Part shown: in pieces, positions 9,677 through 19,946 of the stretch | Layout: the number at the start of each line of letters is the position of its first letter | Numbering within the stretch: the first letter of the stretch is position 1 | Notes under the pieces: generated by a model | Told to the model about the DNA's origin: nothing | The model's database searches: none | What the model saw: the letters and a program-made list of their open reading frames with translations, nothing else | Program-made: the position numbers and the translations under genes | From: Thermodesulfobacteriota bacterium | Lineage (GTDB): Bacteria; Desulfobacterota; Desulfomonilia; UBA1062 | Direction: 5' to 3' | Length of the DNA: 64,000 nt | Assembly (NCBI GenBank): GCA_034716155.1 | Contig: JAYEFR010000082.1 | Location: 427 to 64,426, forward strand

Positions 9677-10569
9677 CGTAACTTCTGTTTTGGATCAAAT
9701 ATTTCCCTGATCCAGTCTCCGGTCAGGTTAAATCCGAGCACAGCCACCACGATGGCAACCCCTGGAAATGTTACAAGCCACCAGGCATAGGTAATATACT
9801 GCCTTCCTTCGGCAAGCATCAGGCCCCAGTCACAGGAAGGAGGCTGGGTGCCTAATCCGAGAAAGCTCATCGTGGCGGTCAGTACAATGATGCCTCCTAC
9901 ATCTATTGTTGCCACAATTATGATGGTATTCATAATATTTGGAAAGATGTGGGAAAGCATGATACGCAGATTGCCGCACCCGGCCACCCTGGCCAGACGG
10001 ACAAAATCCCTCTCTCTCAAGCTCAGGCATTCACCACGTACTATCCTTGCATAGTTTGGCCAACCCATGATCCCAAAGGTAAGGATAAGCGTTTTTGCGC
10101 TAGGCCCATACACACTGGCAAGCATAAACAGGACGATTATCCCCGGCAATGACATCCAGAAATCAGTAAGACGCATGATAAACATATCCGTCTTGCCTCC
10201 AAAAAAGCCAGAGATAAGCCCCAGAATAACACCGATACTCCCATAAAAAGAGATACACCCCACGCTGATAAGGAAAGAGATCCTGGAACCATGGATCAAC
10301 CGGCTCAAGACATCACGACCCAGCATATCAGTGCCCAATAGATGTGCGGTTGTACCACCATCTTGCCAGAATGGAGGAAGGGTGATGTTTATAAGATCCC
10401 CCTCATATGGATCGTAAGGAGAGATCACATCGGCAAAGATCACGGCAAAAAAGAAAAGGGCAAGACAGGTAAAACCCAGATAAGGGATCTTAAGCCTTAC
10501 CTTTTTCCCGGATGATATATCGTTCTTTTTTCCAGGCCTGTTTCTTTTAAACAACCATATTCTCCACAT
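9673..10569 (-). CDS. oppC: Oligopeptide ABC transporter permease (OppC/DppC)
   Basis: 298-aa polytopic ORF sitting within the opp operon in the expected order. Confidence 0.8.
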   Translation of the reverse strand: MWRIWLFKRNRPGKKNDISSGKKVRLKIPYLGFTCLALFFFAVIFADVISPYDPYEGDLINITLPPFWQDGGTTAHLLGTDMLGRDVLSRLIHGSRISFLISVGCISFYGSIGVILGLISGFFGGKTDMFIMRLTDFWMSLPGIIVLFMLASVYGPSAKTLILTFGIMGWPNYARIVRGECLSLRERDFVRLARVAGCGNLRIMLSHIFPNIMNTIIIVATIDVGGIIVLTATMSFLGLGTQPPSCDWGLMLAEGRQYITYAWWLVTFPGVAIVVAVLGFNLTGDWIREIFDPKQKLR

Positions 10570-10588
10570 GCTTTTAACCTATCATCCC

Positions 10589-11509
10589 TTATCGATACCG
10601 GATGCGGGGGTCGATATATGCATACACAATATCAACAATAAGATTCAGAGTGACGACCACAAATGTTACAAACAAGACAAATATCTGAACTACCGGGTAA
10701 TCCCGGGCGAAAAAAGATTCTATAACAAGTCTGCCTATGCCAGGCCAGCTAAATATCGTCTCGACGACCACTGATCCTAGAATCAAGTATCCAAAGATGC
10801 TGAATATCACGGTGACAAGCGATATACAGGCATTCCGGAATGCATGCAAAAGGATTACATTGAATTCGGGAACGCCCTTTATTCGGGCCATTAGGACATA
10901 ATCACTTTTCAATGCATCAAGCATAGAAGATCTGGCCAAACGTGTTATCAATGCAATCGGATAAAGACTCAAGCAGAAAGCAGGCATGATAAAATGAAGA
11001 GGCGATCCCCGCCCAGCTATGGGGAGCCACCTCAAGGTGACCCCCAAAAAGAGTATCAGCATAATGCCCACCCAGAAAGTAGGCAGCGACATCCCTGCAA
11101 GCGCAAAGCCCCTGCCGAATCGATCAATCAATGAGTCGGGTTTGACGGCTGAAATAATGCCGATGAACAAACCAATCACCACAGCTGCAAAAAAGGCTAC
11201 CAGACCGAGCTGAATAGTAGCGGGTAATCGGGCGAAGAGTACTTTAAGCGCAGGCTCTGTATATCTGAAGGATAAACCAAAATTACCGTGACCCGCTCTC
11301 TTGATAAAATTCCAGTATTGAACAATCAATGGTTTATCAAGCCCAAATTTCTCTGTAAGTATCCTGGCATCCTTAGGGGTTGCATCAGGGGGCAGCATAA
11401 TCGCTACCGGGTCGGCAGCACCCATACGAAATATGAAAAATACAACGCTCACGACCAGAAATATCGTAAAGGCGGCGATGATAATTCGTTTTAGGATATA
11501 CCCCTGCAT
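10589..11509 (-). CDS. oppB: Oligopeptide ABC transporter permease (OppB/DppB)
   Basis: 306-aa ORF with BPD-transporter-like TM layout, including an EAA-like loop ...MARIKGVPE.... Confidence 0.8.
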   Translation of the reverse strand: MQGYILKRIIIAAFTIFLVVSVVFFIFRMGAADPVAIMLPPDATPKDARILTEKFGLDKPLIVQYWNFIKRAGHGNFGLSFRYTEPALKVLFARLPATIQLGLVAFFAAVVIGLFIGIISAVKPDSLIDRFGRGFALAGMSLPTFWVGIMLILFLGVTLRWLPIAGRGSPLHFIMPAFCLSLYPIALITRLARSSMLDALKSDYVLMARIKGVPEFNVILLHAFRNACISLVTVIFSIFGYLILGSVVVETIFSWPGIGRLVIESFFARDYPVVQIFVLFVTFVVVTLNLIVDIVYAYIDPRIRYR

Positions 11510-11638
11510 TTTACCCCTTATCTACCTGAAAGCCAGTGTTACAAGTGCATATGTAGCAATCTCTTTGGCTAAATATCAAACGATCCATTACCAAACAATA
11601 CATCTATGTATAGTTTCCTATTTTCTTGATGATTACCA

Positions 11639-13207
11639 TTATTTGACGACCTTTATTGTATTCAGATTGAACAGAAATGATTCATTGGGTGTCCACGTGT
11701 ATTCGATCCGGTCTGACATCGCATAGATCATGTTCAATCCGAACAGGACAATGCCGGTAGCGTCATAGGTCATTATCTCGTGGATCTGCTTTAACATGGC
11801 CAGACGCTTTTTCTCGTCGAGTTCATGGGATTGAGCCTTAACCAGTGCATCCATTTCATCCTTTCTTGGCCTGTTGGTAGCAACAGTATAAGGACTGGTG
11901 CTGAGAACCGACAATAACAGGCGCATGCTGGGGTCTCTTCCTCCAGCCCATGAATACAATCTCAGATGTCCAAGCCTTTTGTCCCTGTTCCTTGTGTAGG
12001 TCGTGGCTGTTCCCTCTTCAAGCTGCTGCAGCTTGACCGTAATTCCTACATCCTTCAAATACTTTTGTATGGCCGCTGCAATTAAAGGTGAGTTGGGCAA
12101 TATGCTTGTATATGTCAGCGTCAGGGGATAACCTGGTTTGTAGGCCGATTTTTTCAGATATTCCCTGGCCTTATCCGGATTAAAATCAAATCTGATGTTC
12201 GGATCATAACCCAGTTCAGACTTGCTCGCATACATATACATCGAATATCCCTGCCCAAGGAATATCTTGTCCACGATCTCCTGCCGGTTAATAGCATGCG
12301 TGATGGCCATCCCAAGATATCTGTCAGACATAACAGGGTCTGTCCGCGGCAGACAAACCATCCCGAACAGGCTCGGGACCTGATCGGTACTCTTGATCTT
12401 GACATATTTGTTACGCTTTAGCCTCTTCACCTGGTGTGGCAAGATGCCGCTTACCAGATCCAGTTCTCCTGTCTCCAGCATGGCCAGCCGGGTGATATCA
12501 TCCGGTACGGTTACAAACTGCAGCCTTTTAAAATCAGGCAGATCTTGCCCGAATCGTTCCTTTAAATACCCCTTCTGAGCATAATTTCTATCAAGCTCTA
12601 AAGTGACGGACTCGCCGATCTTCCGCTCCACAAAGCGAAACAGGCCGCTTCCAACAGGATGCTTTCTGAACTCTTCCCTTCCAACCTTCTCGTAGTACTT
12701 CTTCGAGCATATCCCCACCCACATCAACTCCCTCCAGGCTGCATAGGGCTCCCAGAAGTGAAAGATAAGGTTGTAATCGTCTAAGACCTCGATCTCTTCG
12801 ATCTCATCTATGGGGCCAGCCAGCATATTTGCATTCTTCGGATCCACACACTGCTCATAGGTAAACTTGACATCATGGGCGGTTACAGGATCTCCTGTAT
12901 GGAATCTTGATCCCTTCCGAAGCTTTATCCTGATATCTTTCCCGTTTTCCATGATCTCAAGCTTCTCAGCCAAAAAGGGTATCCTCTCCCCCGTCTTTGG
13001 ATCGACAGTTATCAATGTCTCATGCATACCCAAAATCACGGGCAGATCGTTTCCCAGCTTCATCTCGATGATGTTCACGGTTGAGGGATCATAGCGCATC
13101 CCCACCCTGACGGTGTCATTGCTTTTTGCAAAAACGGATGTAGACAAAAGCAGGACAACAAACAACAAAAGGCCCGCTGCTATAAGACTAAATTGTTTTT
13201 CCCTCAT
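11639..13207 (-). CDS. oppA: ABC transporter substrate-binding protein, family 5 (OppA/DppA-like)
   Basis: The ~520-aa periplasmic SBP probably starts at MREKQFSLIAAGLLLFVVLLLSTSVFA (signal peptide) rather than at the track start 13261. Confidence 0.8.
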   Translation of the reverse strand: MREKQFSLIAAGLLLFVVLLLSTSVFAKSNDTVRVGMRYDPSTVNIIEMKLGNDLPVILGMHETLITVDPKTGERIPFLAEKLEIMENGKDIRIKLRKGSRFHTGDPVTAHDVKFTYEQCVDPKNANMLAGPIDEIEEIEVLDDYNLIFHFWEPYAAWRELMWVGICSKKYYEKVGREEFRKHPVGSGLFRFVERKIGESVTLELDRNYAQKGYLKERFGQDLPDFKRLQFVTVPDDITRLAMLETGELDLVSGILPHQVKRLKRNKYVKIKSTDQVPSLFGMVCLPRTDPVMSDRYLGMAITHAINRQEIVDKIFLGQGYSMYMYASKSELGYDPNIRFDFNPDKAREYLKKSAYKPGYPLTLTYTSILPNSPLIAAAIQKYLKDVGITVKLQQLEEGTATTYTRNRDKRLGHLRLYSWAGGRDPSMRLLLSVLSTSPYTVATNRPRKDEMDALVKAQSHELDEKKRLAMLKQIHEIMTYDATGIVLFGLNMIYAMSDRIEYTWTPNESFLFNLNTIKVVK

Positions 13208-13331
13208 AGCCCAATCCTCCTTATCTCTCTCTTCTGATCCATCTGCTACACGTCGGACCAACCCACAGCAGTGTCAGCAAGAGACCGGACAGCCTAGCGC
13301 TATACTGTCCAGCCTCTTGTACTAAGACCGC

Positions 13332-13913
13332 TTACAGGAACTTAAGAGTAAGCACCATCCCGAGAAGTTCTTCAAGCGAGGTATCTCCTCCTAAGATAGT
13401 GGTAGCGATAAGCGAGATAGCCTTCCCTTCTTTATGTACGACCAAAGCAGCACTCTGCAGTTTTGTCATGCCGTCCGACCATGACCATTTAAAGGTAAAT
13501 GCAACACCCGGGGTACCGTCATTAAGCGTCACCCGCTTTTCTGATAAGATCTTGAAACGTTTCGTCCCTGGATTCGTTTCCCTTACAGACTCAATATAGT
13601 CTTTTGCTGCATTATCCAGGACTGCCCCCTCTTTTAGATCATCAACCGCAACGATTAGCAAGGGGACTTTGTAAATGTTGGTATTTACTACACGTAAGAC
13701 CTCGGCATCCTGCTGTTTTTTATCAGATACCCAATGTTTAGGATATTCAACAGAAAAAGCAGGCGAACTATTGACATAAAGCCCTGGCTTTGATAGTGAC
13801 TCCTCTGCACCAGGAGCCACCTGTGCCGGTTTTGTCGCACAGGCCTGAAACAGGACAAACCCTGTTAGTACCAATAAAACGACCAGTAAACTTCGTAATG
13901 CCTTCCCCATCAT
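13332..13913 (-). CDS. Secreted/lipoprotein of unknown function
   Basis: 193 aa with an N-terminal signal peptide ...VLFQACATKP (possible lipobox); no recognisable catalytic motif. Confidence 0.5.
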   Translation of the reverse strand: MMGKALRSLLVVLLVLTGFVLFQACATKPAQVAPGAEESLSKPGLYVNSSPAFSVEYPKHWVSDKKQQDAEVLRVVNTNIYKVPLLIVAVDDLKEGAVLDNAAKDYIESVRETNPGTKRFKILSEKRVTLNDGTPGVAFTFKWSWSDGMTKLQSAALVVHKEGKAISLIATTILGGDTSLEELLGMVLTLKFL

Positions 13914-14016
13914 AAATCCTCCTTTTTTTTATTTTCTACTCTTATTGGTTTCTCGATATAACATCCCGAAAAGACCTACCACCCAAGGATAAAGAAGTCT
14001 ATAATTCTTCATTTCC

Positions 14017-14742
14017 CTAAATAGCTATATCGCTAGCCCCTCCCTTAATAGACTTGAGATAGTGTTCATAGCCCTCTCTGGAAAGTTTGCGATAGAGATA
14101 ATAGATAAAAAGGCTCATTACCTCTTCATATCGCATCCCCTTCCCTAAGGTTTCAGTAGAAGGAGCATTTCCATAATTGATCTTGAGAAAGTCCTGCTGA
14201 CCTGCAAGCAGAACTCCCCGAATAAAATCGCCTGTACGCCTTAGACTCTCGGGGTCATGCCCGTCTTTTGGCCCAAAACCAAGGAGGTCCATTTCAACGA
14301 TCAACCTGCCTATAATCACGTCATCACTGGAATAGACCGACTGTCCATCCCGCAACTTGAAAGCGATAACGCCCCATTCCTCCATCTTTTTAAGCCACTT
14401 CTCCCCCATACCTGTTGCCTCAAGGAAAGCGCCTCTGCCTACAACCTCACTGGCAAGAAGGCGTTCAACCGGCTTGAAGTATTGATTTTGAATCTGCAAG
14501 GAAAACAATTCTGACCTGGATAGTTTATTTAATTGCTTAAGAACCTTTTTTATCTCCGGTAGCGGGAGAAAATAATGCTCTCTGAGTTCCTTTATTATCA
14601 AGAGTCTCTCGACATAGCCTTCAGTGTAATTGGCCACATTCTCTTTGGTCTTGAGAGGCCTTCGAAGGAGCCCTTCACGAATGTAATGATGAATGGTCTC
14701 TTTTGATGTATTGGTTCTTCTGGCCAGCTCGCTAATCTTCAT
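14017..14742 (-). CDS. MerR-family transcriptional regulator (N-terminal HTH, long C-terminal effector domain)
   Basis: N-terminal MKISELARRTNTSKETIHHYIREGLL is MerR-type HTH. Confidence 0.6.
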   Translation of the reverse strand: MKISELARRTNTSKETIHHYIREGLLRRPLKTKENVANYTEGYVERLLIIKELREHYFLPLPEIKKVLKQLNKLSRSELFSLQIQNQYFKPVERLLASEVVGRGAFLEATGMGEKWLKKMEEWGVIAFKLRDGQSVYSSDDVIIGRLIVEMDLLGFGPKDGHDPESLRRTGDFIRGVLLAGQQDFLKINYGNAPSTETLGKGMRYEEVMSLFIYYLYRKLSREGYEHYLKSIKGGASDIAI

Positions 14743-14833
14743 TATTTAGCCCCTTTGCTTGGATCAAAATAAAAATGTGCTATCAAGAAATTTAAGCTTA
14801 TCACTATTAAATCCTCTCCGAGGAATAATATAT

Positions 14834-14866
14834 ACTTTATATATTTTGTCAAGAAAAATATAAAGT
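14834..14866. promoter_or_regulatory. AT-rich dyad ACTTTATATATTTT-GTCAAG-AAAAATATAAAGT in the merR-like promoter region; candidate operator
   Basis: 13-14-bp inverted repeat arms around a 6-bp core, ~90 bp upstream of the MerR-family gene start. Confidence 0.3.
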
Positions 14867-15094
14867 TATATGAATATTTTTGTTTAATATTAACCATTAT
14901 AATCAATCAGTTATGCTAACCTCATATAATTAATTATACGTATAGCATGCAACATACTATACATAATTTGCGTTTCGTCGATGATTTGTGGAATGCATCC
15001 TGATTGTATCTTTCTTCTATGGGCTGCACTTAATCGTCGGCTTTGTATCATAGATTCACTGCCTGCTTTGACATCATGCATATCGAGTCAGGGT

Positions 15095-15562
15095 TTAGTC
15101 TATGACCACCATGCCAAGGTTGTCTGCTACGCAAGCAGGCCTATCTTGCCCCTCAATCTCGATTGTGTGGGTATAGGTCATAAGGATCCTTCCTGGGGAT
15201 TTTTCTTCCACAGCAGAGAGTACTACATGGGTCCTGATCTTCGAATCAACAGGTACTGGGTTCAGAAACCTGACCTTGTTCAGGCCATAATTTATAACCA
15301 GTTTTATATTTATTCCCTCGAGGGGCAACTTTATACATTCACTCAAATAAGAAATGAGGGAAAGGGTAAGGAAACCGTGGGTGATGGTCTTGCCAAACGG
15401 GCCTTTGGCCGCCTTTTCGGTATCAACATGTATCCACTGATAATCCTCAGTGCACTCGGCAAATTTATTGATGCGTTCCTGGTCAATTGTAAACCAGTCG
15501 CTTACACCCACTTCCTGACCAATTAAACCCCTTACCTTATCCAATTCTGTATTTTCACTCAT
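15095..15562 (-). CDS. MaoC-like (R)-specific enoyl-CoA hydratase/dehydratase (hotdog fold)
   Basis: 155-aa hotdog-fold protein with the MaoC-dehydratase pattern around ...YQWIHVDTEKAAKGPFGKTITHGF... Confidence 0.8.
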   Translation of the reverse strand: MSENTELDKVRGLIGQEVGVSDWFTIDQERINKFAECTEDYQWIHVDTEKAAKGPFGKTITHGFLTLSLISYLSECIKLPLEGINIKLVINYGLNKVRFLNPVPVDSKIRTHVVLSAVEEKSPGRILMTYTHTIEIEGQDRPACVADNLGMVVID

Positions 15563-15633
15563 GATCCTCCTCCTTCTTTTAAAAGATAAGGGGAGAGTTT
15601 TACCCTGCCCCCTTATATGCCTGCATATCGATA

Positions 15634-16542
15634 TTATTTCATTAACGGTGCGGAAAGCACATAGACATCTGCGCCTGTCTGGTAAGGTTTTGCATTTTCA
15701 ATGCTTTTTATCTTTTCAAACTCATCCCTTACCTCTTCGGCCAAGACATCCCTTTTGGCATCTCCAATACAAACACCTTCTCCGGAAACGATTGCAGTGC
15801 GGGCAAACCAGCCACCACTCATGGTGAATATCATGCCGGATTCCTGGTTCTCCTCGGAACAGAGATATACCACCATAGGCACATTAAATTTAGGCTTTAC
15901 CTTCGCTGCGAATTCCGGGGGGAAGACACCTTTTGTCATCCTTGAATCTGCATTTGGTGCAACTGTATTTACCTTGATATTGTATTTAGCTACTTCAAGT
16001 TTCAGGACATTCATCAACCCCACCATGCCCATCTTGGCCGCGCCATAGTTTGTCTGGCCAAAATTTCCGTAAAGCCCGGACGTTGAGACTGTAAAGACGA
16101 CCCTCCCGTATCCATTTTCTCTCATTATTTTAACTGCCGGCTGCGTAACACAGAAGGCGCCTTTTAAATGAACGGCAATAACCTGATCCCAATCATCCTC
16201 TCTCATCTTAAGAAATGATTTGTCTCTCAAGATCCCGGCGTTGCTGACAAGGATATCTACCTTGCCGAACGTATCAACAGCGGTCTTTACGATATTTTCA
16301 CCGCCTTGTATGGTTGAAACAGAATCGTAATTCGCTACGGCCTCGCCGCCTGCCGCTTTTATTTCTTCAACTACAACATCTGCTGCATTCCGGCTGGAAC
16401 CCGAACCATCCAGTGCACTACCAAGGTCATTGACAACGACCCTTGCTCCCCTTTTTGCCAGATCCAGCGCATACTCTCTGCCAAGTCCTCCACCTGCACC
16501 GGTTATGATTGCCACCCTTCCGTCAAAATCTAACTTAGACAT
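15634..16542 (-). CDS. Short-chain dehydrogenase/reductase (MFE-2-type 3-hydroxyacyl-CoA dehydrogenase-like)
   Basis: SDR motif TGAGGGLGR near the N-terminus; paired with the MaoC gene like a split multifunctional enzyme 2. Confidence 0.8.
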   Translation of the reverse strand: MSKLDFDGRVAIITGAGGGLGREYALDLAKRGARVVVNDLGSALDGSGSSRNAADVVVEEIKAAGGEAVANYDSVSTIQGGENIVKTAVDTFGKVDILVSNAGILRDKSFLKMREDDWDQVIAVHLKGAFCVTQPAVKIMRENGYGRVVFTVSTSGLYGNFGQTNYGAAKMGMVGLMNVLKLEVAKYNIKVNTVAPNADSRMTKGVFPPEFAAKVKPKFNVPMVVYLCSEENQESGMIFTMSGGWFARTAIVSGEGVCIGDAKRDVLAEEVRDEFEKIKSIENAKPYQTGADVYVLSAPLMK

Positions 16543-16619
16543 AACCCCTCCTTTCTCTCTGAGTATACTTTAAAACAGAAATGCTCAATTTTCAAAACTC
16601 CCTGGTCTATCCGGGAATC

Positions 16620-16658
16620 TGCGGGAGGCCTCAGTTATAACGTATAATGCCTCCCGCA
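16620..16658. other. 10-bp perfect-stem hairpin (TGCGGGAGGC...GCCTCCCGCA) between the NMO and SDR genes
   Basis: Inverted repeat with a 19-nt loop; no U-tract, so it may be a stabiliser/attenuator or REP-like rather than an intrinsic terminator. Confidence 0.35.
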
Positions 16659-16675
16659 ACCTGTAATTTACATAC

Positions 16676-17788
16676 TTACACCAAGACTCTCTTTGGCAGA
16701 TTTTCAATAATCTCTTCTGTCTGCCTTACGATTCTTTCTATAACTTCTCCTACTGCAGGCATGTCATTTACCCGCTGCGCAGATTCACCCCCTGCCATAA
16801 GCGCCTTTTCCTCATCACCTGTGTAGGTAGCATTTATGCCCTCAAGTTCGTTTATTATCAAGTCCATTGGAATTGTAGAATAATCATCCGGTCTTCCCAG
16901 AAACACACCTGGAGACATCTTAATCGTGTCCTCCTGATGTTTTAAGCTTCTAGGTGTCTTTAACCATCTGGCCGGCCCGACAAATCCCCTGGCAACAAGC
17001 GTTCCTCTGTCTCCGGCCTTTACAACACTTTCTTTCCACATCTGGACAAAATCACTCTCCTTGGTGGCCAGAAAACGCGTCCCCATCTGTGCACCCGATG
17101 CACCCAATGCCAATGCTGCGGCAAGGGATTTCCCGTCACAAAATCCGCCCGCGCCGACAACAAAAATCCCGGAACCAGACAATGCATCAACAACAGCGGG
17201 AAGTAACACCATGGAGTGTACCGGCTCCCATGAAGTATGGAACCCCCCTTCATGCCCGGATGCAATAACCACATCAACACCTGCCTTCTGGCACCTCAAT
17301 GCAGCCTTGACCGACGGCATAACATGCATCCATATCAGCCCTGCCTTCTTTACCTTGTCTGTCCAGGGAAGCGGGTCACCTGCCGATGAAACCAGGACCT
17401 TAAACCGCTCCTTCATCTCAGGGTCTTCTTCTCTGGCTTCGATCATGGTATCAATAATCATCTCGGCAGGCTCCCTCATCTCCGCAGATACCATCACATT
17501 GATCCCGAAGACCCCCTGCTTTTCCCTTGTACCGTCCAGGGTCTGTCTGTATATCTTTTTCATGATGGTCCTCTCGTCGTCTTCCAGTGATGCGCCGCCT
17601 GTCTCCACAAAATGTTTGTATACCCCGGGCTGATACTCTTTCGTCGCAATGCCGCTGGAACTGATGAGGCCGAGTATGCCTGCATTTGCCGTTGCAATAC
17701 TCAATTTGTTGGTCCCGAAAGGCCCCATCCCTGCCTGTATAATGGGATATTTTATCCCAACTAAGTCACAAAATTCTGTCTTAATCAT
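16676..17788 (-). CDS. Nitronate monooxygenase/FabK-like enoyl reductase (NMO family, FMN-dependent)
   Basis: ...GIKYPIIQAGMGPFG... motif. Start preferred at MIKTEF (17788), where a GGAGG RBS sits 8 nt upstream; the start codon lies 2 nt after the upstream gene's stop. Confidence 0.75.
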   Translation of the reverse strand: MIKTEFCDLVGIKYPIIQAGMGPFGTNKLSIATANAGILGLISSSGIATKEYQPGVYKHFVETGGASLEDDERTIMKKIYRQTLDGTREKQGVFGINVMVSAEMREPAEMIIDTMIEAREEDPEMKERFKVLVSSAGDPLPWTDKVKKAGLIWMHVMPSVKAALRCQKAGVDVVIASGHEGGFHTSWEPVHSMVLLPAVVDALSGSGIFVVGAGGFCDGKSLAAALALGASGAQMGTRFLATKESDFVQMWKESVVKAGDRGTLVARGFVGPARWLKTPRSLKHQEDTIKMSPGVFLGRPDDYSTIPMDLIINELEGINATYTGDEEKALMAGGESAQRVNDMPAVGEVIERIVRQTEEIIENLPKRVLV

Positions 17789-19300
17789 CAAAAATACCTC
17801 CAAAGTCGCAATTGATATGATTTTTTAGTTTCTTAGTCTTTTGTAAGCCCTGCAATGTCTCTGACGAGCTGTTTTCGCTCCTCGATATCATACTGCTGTT
17901 AATGGCGATCTGCTCCATGACAGGCGAACCTCCGCCGTGATAGTTGCCCACATTTGCAATACCACCGGTGGCCGAGCAGAGGATGTCTCCCATGTAACGC
18001 CAGAACTGGGCAGCATTCTTTGCGGATATCTTTGGGTTACGCATCACGTACTTCTCCAAAAAATCTTTTGTCTCCGGATTCACCCAGTCCCCCTCATACG
18101 GGAAGGTGGCCGGTATCCCGCCACAGATGTCGGTCAGGATCTCTGCCTCACGGTATACTGCCTCACCTGTCAGGCAGCGACCCACGTTGCAGTAGATGGA
18201 ATTGGGGATATAACTCCCAGGACCATAGGGATAAATCCCATACCAGGCATGTAGACCTCGGGCTTGCCCATGTCAGATGCGGTATAACCGGCTGCATATC
18301 CTAATTCCGTTGTCAAGATAACCTCAGCAAATTTCTTCCTCACGTGCCCGGCCTTCTCAATACCGTTGTATTCAGCGGCAAGAGCAGCTGTTCCGAGAAT
18401 AATGTCACCGATGGCAGGCTTACACCCGGAATAGCTGTGACGATGGAAAAGTGCAAATAACAGCGCCAGCGCCCCGCCGTGCATGTTCTCACCACAGAGG
18501 AACACCCTCTCCCATGGAATAAAACAATTGTCAAAAATTACATAGGAATCTGTCGCACCAGGCATAAACCCGCGGGGGAAATGCTCACGCTTGCGAAAAT
18601 TGTGGACCGTAACCACCTGCTTCATTCCTTCCCAGTCACCAGGTACGGCAAATGCAACCGCATAATCCTTGTCATCAGGCGTCAGCGCCCTTGTCGGAAC
18701 AACCAGGATCTCATCTGCAACAGACGCCTCCGAGATGTGAACCTTACAACCGCTTACCACAATCCCGTCACTCTTTCTCTCCTTGACATGTACATACAGA
18801 TCCGGATCAACCTGCTGGTAGGGCCGCTTCATGCGGTCACCCTTTACGTCTGTCTGCGCGCAACACCCGATCAAATCCTCTGTCTGGAACCGCGTGAGCC
18901 ACTTCTTGAAATTTTCGTGATACTTTGTGGAGCCATTATTCTGCTTGTCTGCCTCATAACTTGCGTTGTATATGGCGTTTGCGGCATCAATCCCCATACA
19001 ACGCTGAATACAACCGCCTACCTTCCTGCAGAGGAAACGGGTCATATCCTGCTTTTTGTGAAGATCATCCGTGTTCTGGTGTATGTGCGTGAAGCGGTTG
19101 ATCGTCTCACCGGTAAGGTGGGACTTTGCAGTCAGCAAATCTGCATTCTCAGGCTTCTGCGCCTCATCGTAAGTCAAACCAATGGTGTCGATAGTAGCCA
19201 TCTGAACCTCATCAGCACGATTGATCTTCTCACCATTAACATAGATGTTGTTCCTCATCTTCCGTAAGGCATCGATATACTGCTCCTTCGTCCTCAACAT
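17781..19300 (-). CDS. abfD: 4-hydroxybutyryl-CoA dehydratase/vinylacetyl-CoA isomerase (AbfD-like), interrupted by an apparent frameshift near 18180-18200 (pseudogene or sequencing error)
   Basis: Track ORFs 18170..19300 (376 aa, MLRTKEQYIDALRKMRNNIYVNGEKI...) and 17781..18185 (134 aa) are in different frames but together resemble the N- and C-terminal parts of AbfD-type flavoenzymes. Confidence 0.7.
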
Positions 19301-19756
19301 AAAAACCTCCTTTTTTTATTGTTGATTTCTACACACTACCAAAAAATGTCCTATTTATTTACACCTGCCAAGATTATCTATCATAAGATAACTTCCTTTT
19401 TTAACAAGGTACGCTTAACCTGTCAACATAAAATGTGGAATTTATGTAAAATATTAACATAATATAATCAATATATTATATGTAAAGTGTGTAGCCTTAC
19501 TATATGCCTATTATGTACTATGCTATATAAACATTTAGCAATCTGACAGTTGCAATACTATGATACGGTCACATTTATCACTGAAGATCAACATCAGTGT
19601 GCTCATATCCTTAAACGGTGAAAATGGTTGGCAGGGATCACAGGTCCTGCAAAGAAGATCAAAAAATCTTCCCTCACGCAAAGACGCAAAGATCGCAAAG
19701 GAAAATAAAGAAGAATGATAAAAAAAGAAAGTGTCTTTGTGTAGTTGGCGTTCTTT

Positions 19757-19925
19757 GCATGAGAATGCTTTTCATCTTTAGTTGTGAGCGCTGGCGCTCA
19801 TGCGCGTTTATATGAAAAAGAAGTCAGGAGTCAAAATTTAGAATCCAAAAGTTAGAATACACGTAATAATCCAATCGGAAGCATTCCGGCTCCTGGATTC
19901 TGAATACTTTTTTATGCCTCGTTGT
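19757..19925 (+). repeat. Intergenic repeat family A, copy 4 (Y+Z modules)
   Basis: ...GTTGTGAGCGCTGGCGCTCATGCGCGTTTATATGAAAAAGAAGTCAGGAGTCAAAATTTAGAA...GTTAGAATACACGTAATAATCCAATCGGAAGCATTCCGGCTCCTGGAT... is near-identical to 47100-47215. Confidence 0.65.
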
Positions 19926-19946
19926 GTCCGGCAGGCCATGGCTATC

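Noticed and set aside
18479-19267. 262-aa plus-strand ORF (also 17061..17633, 33414..34013, 52949..53449, 59573..60103)
   Set aside because: All are antisense to well-supported enzyme or transporter genes and have no recognisable motifs or RBS.
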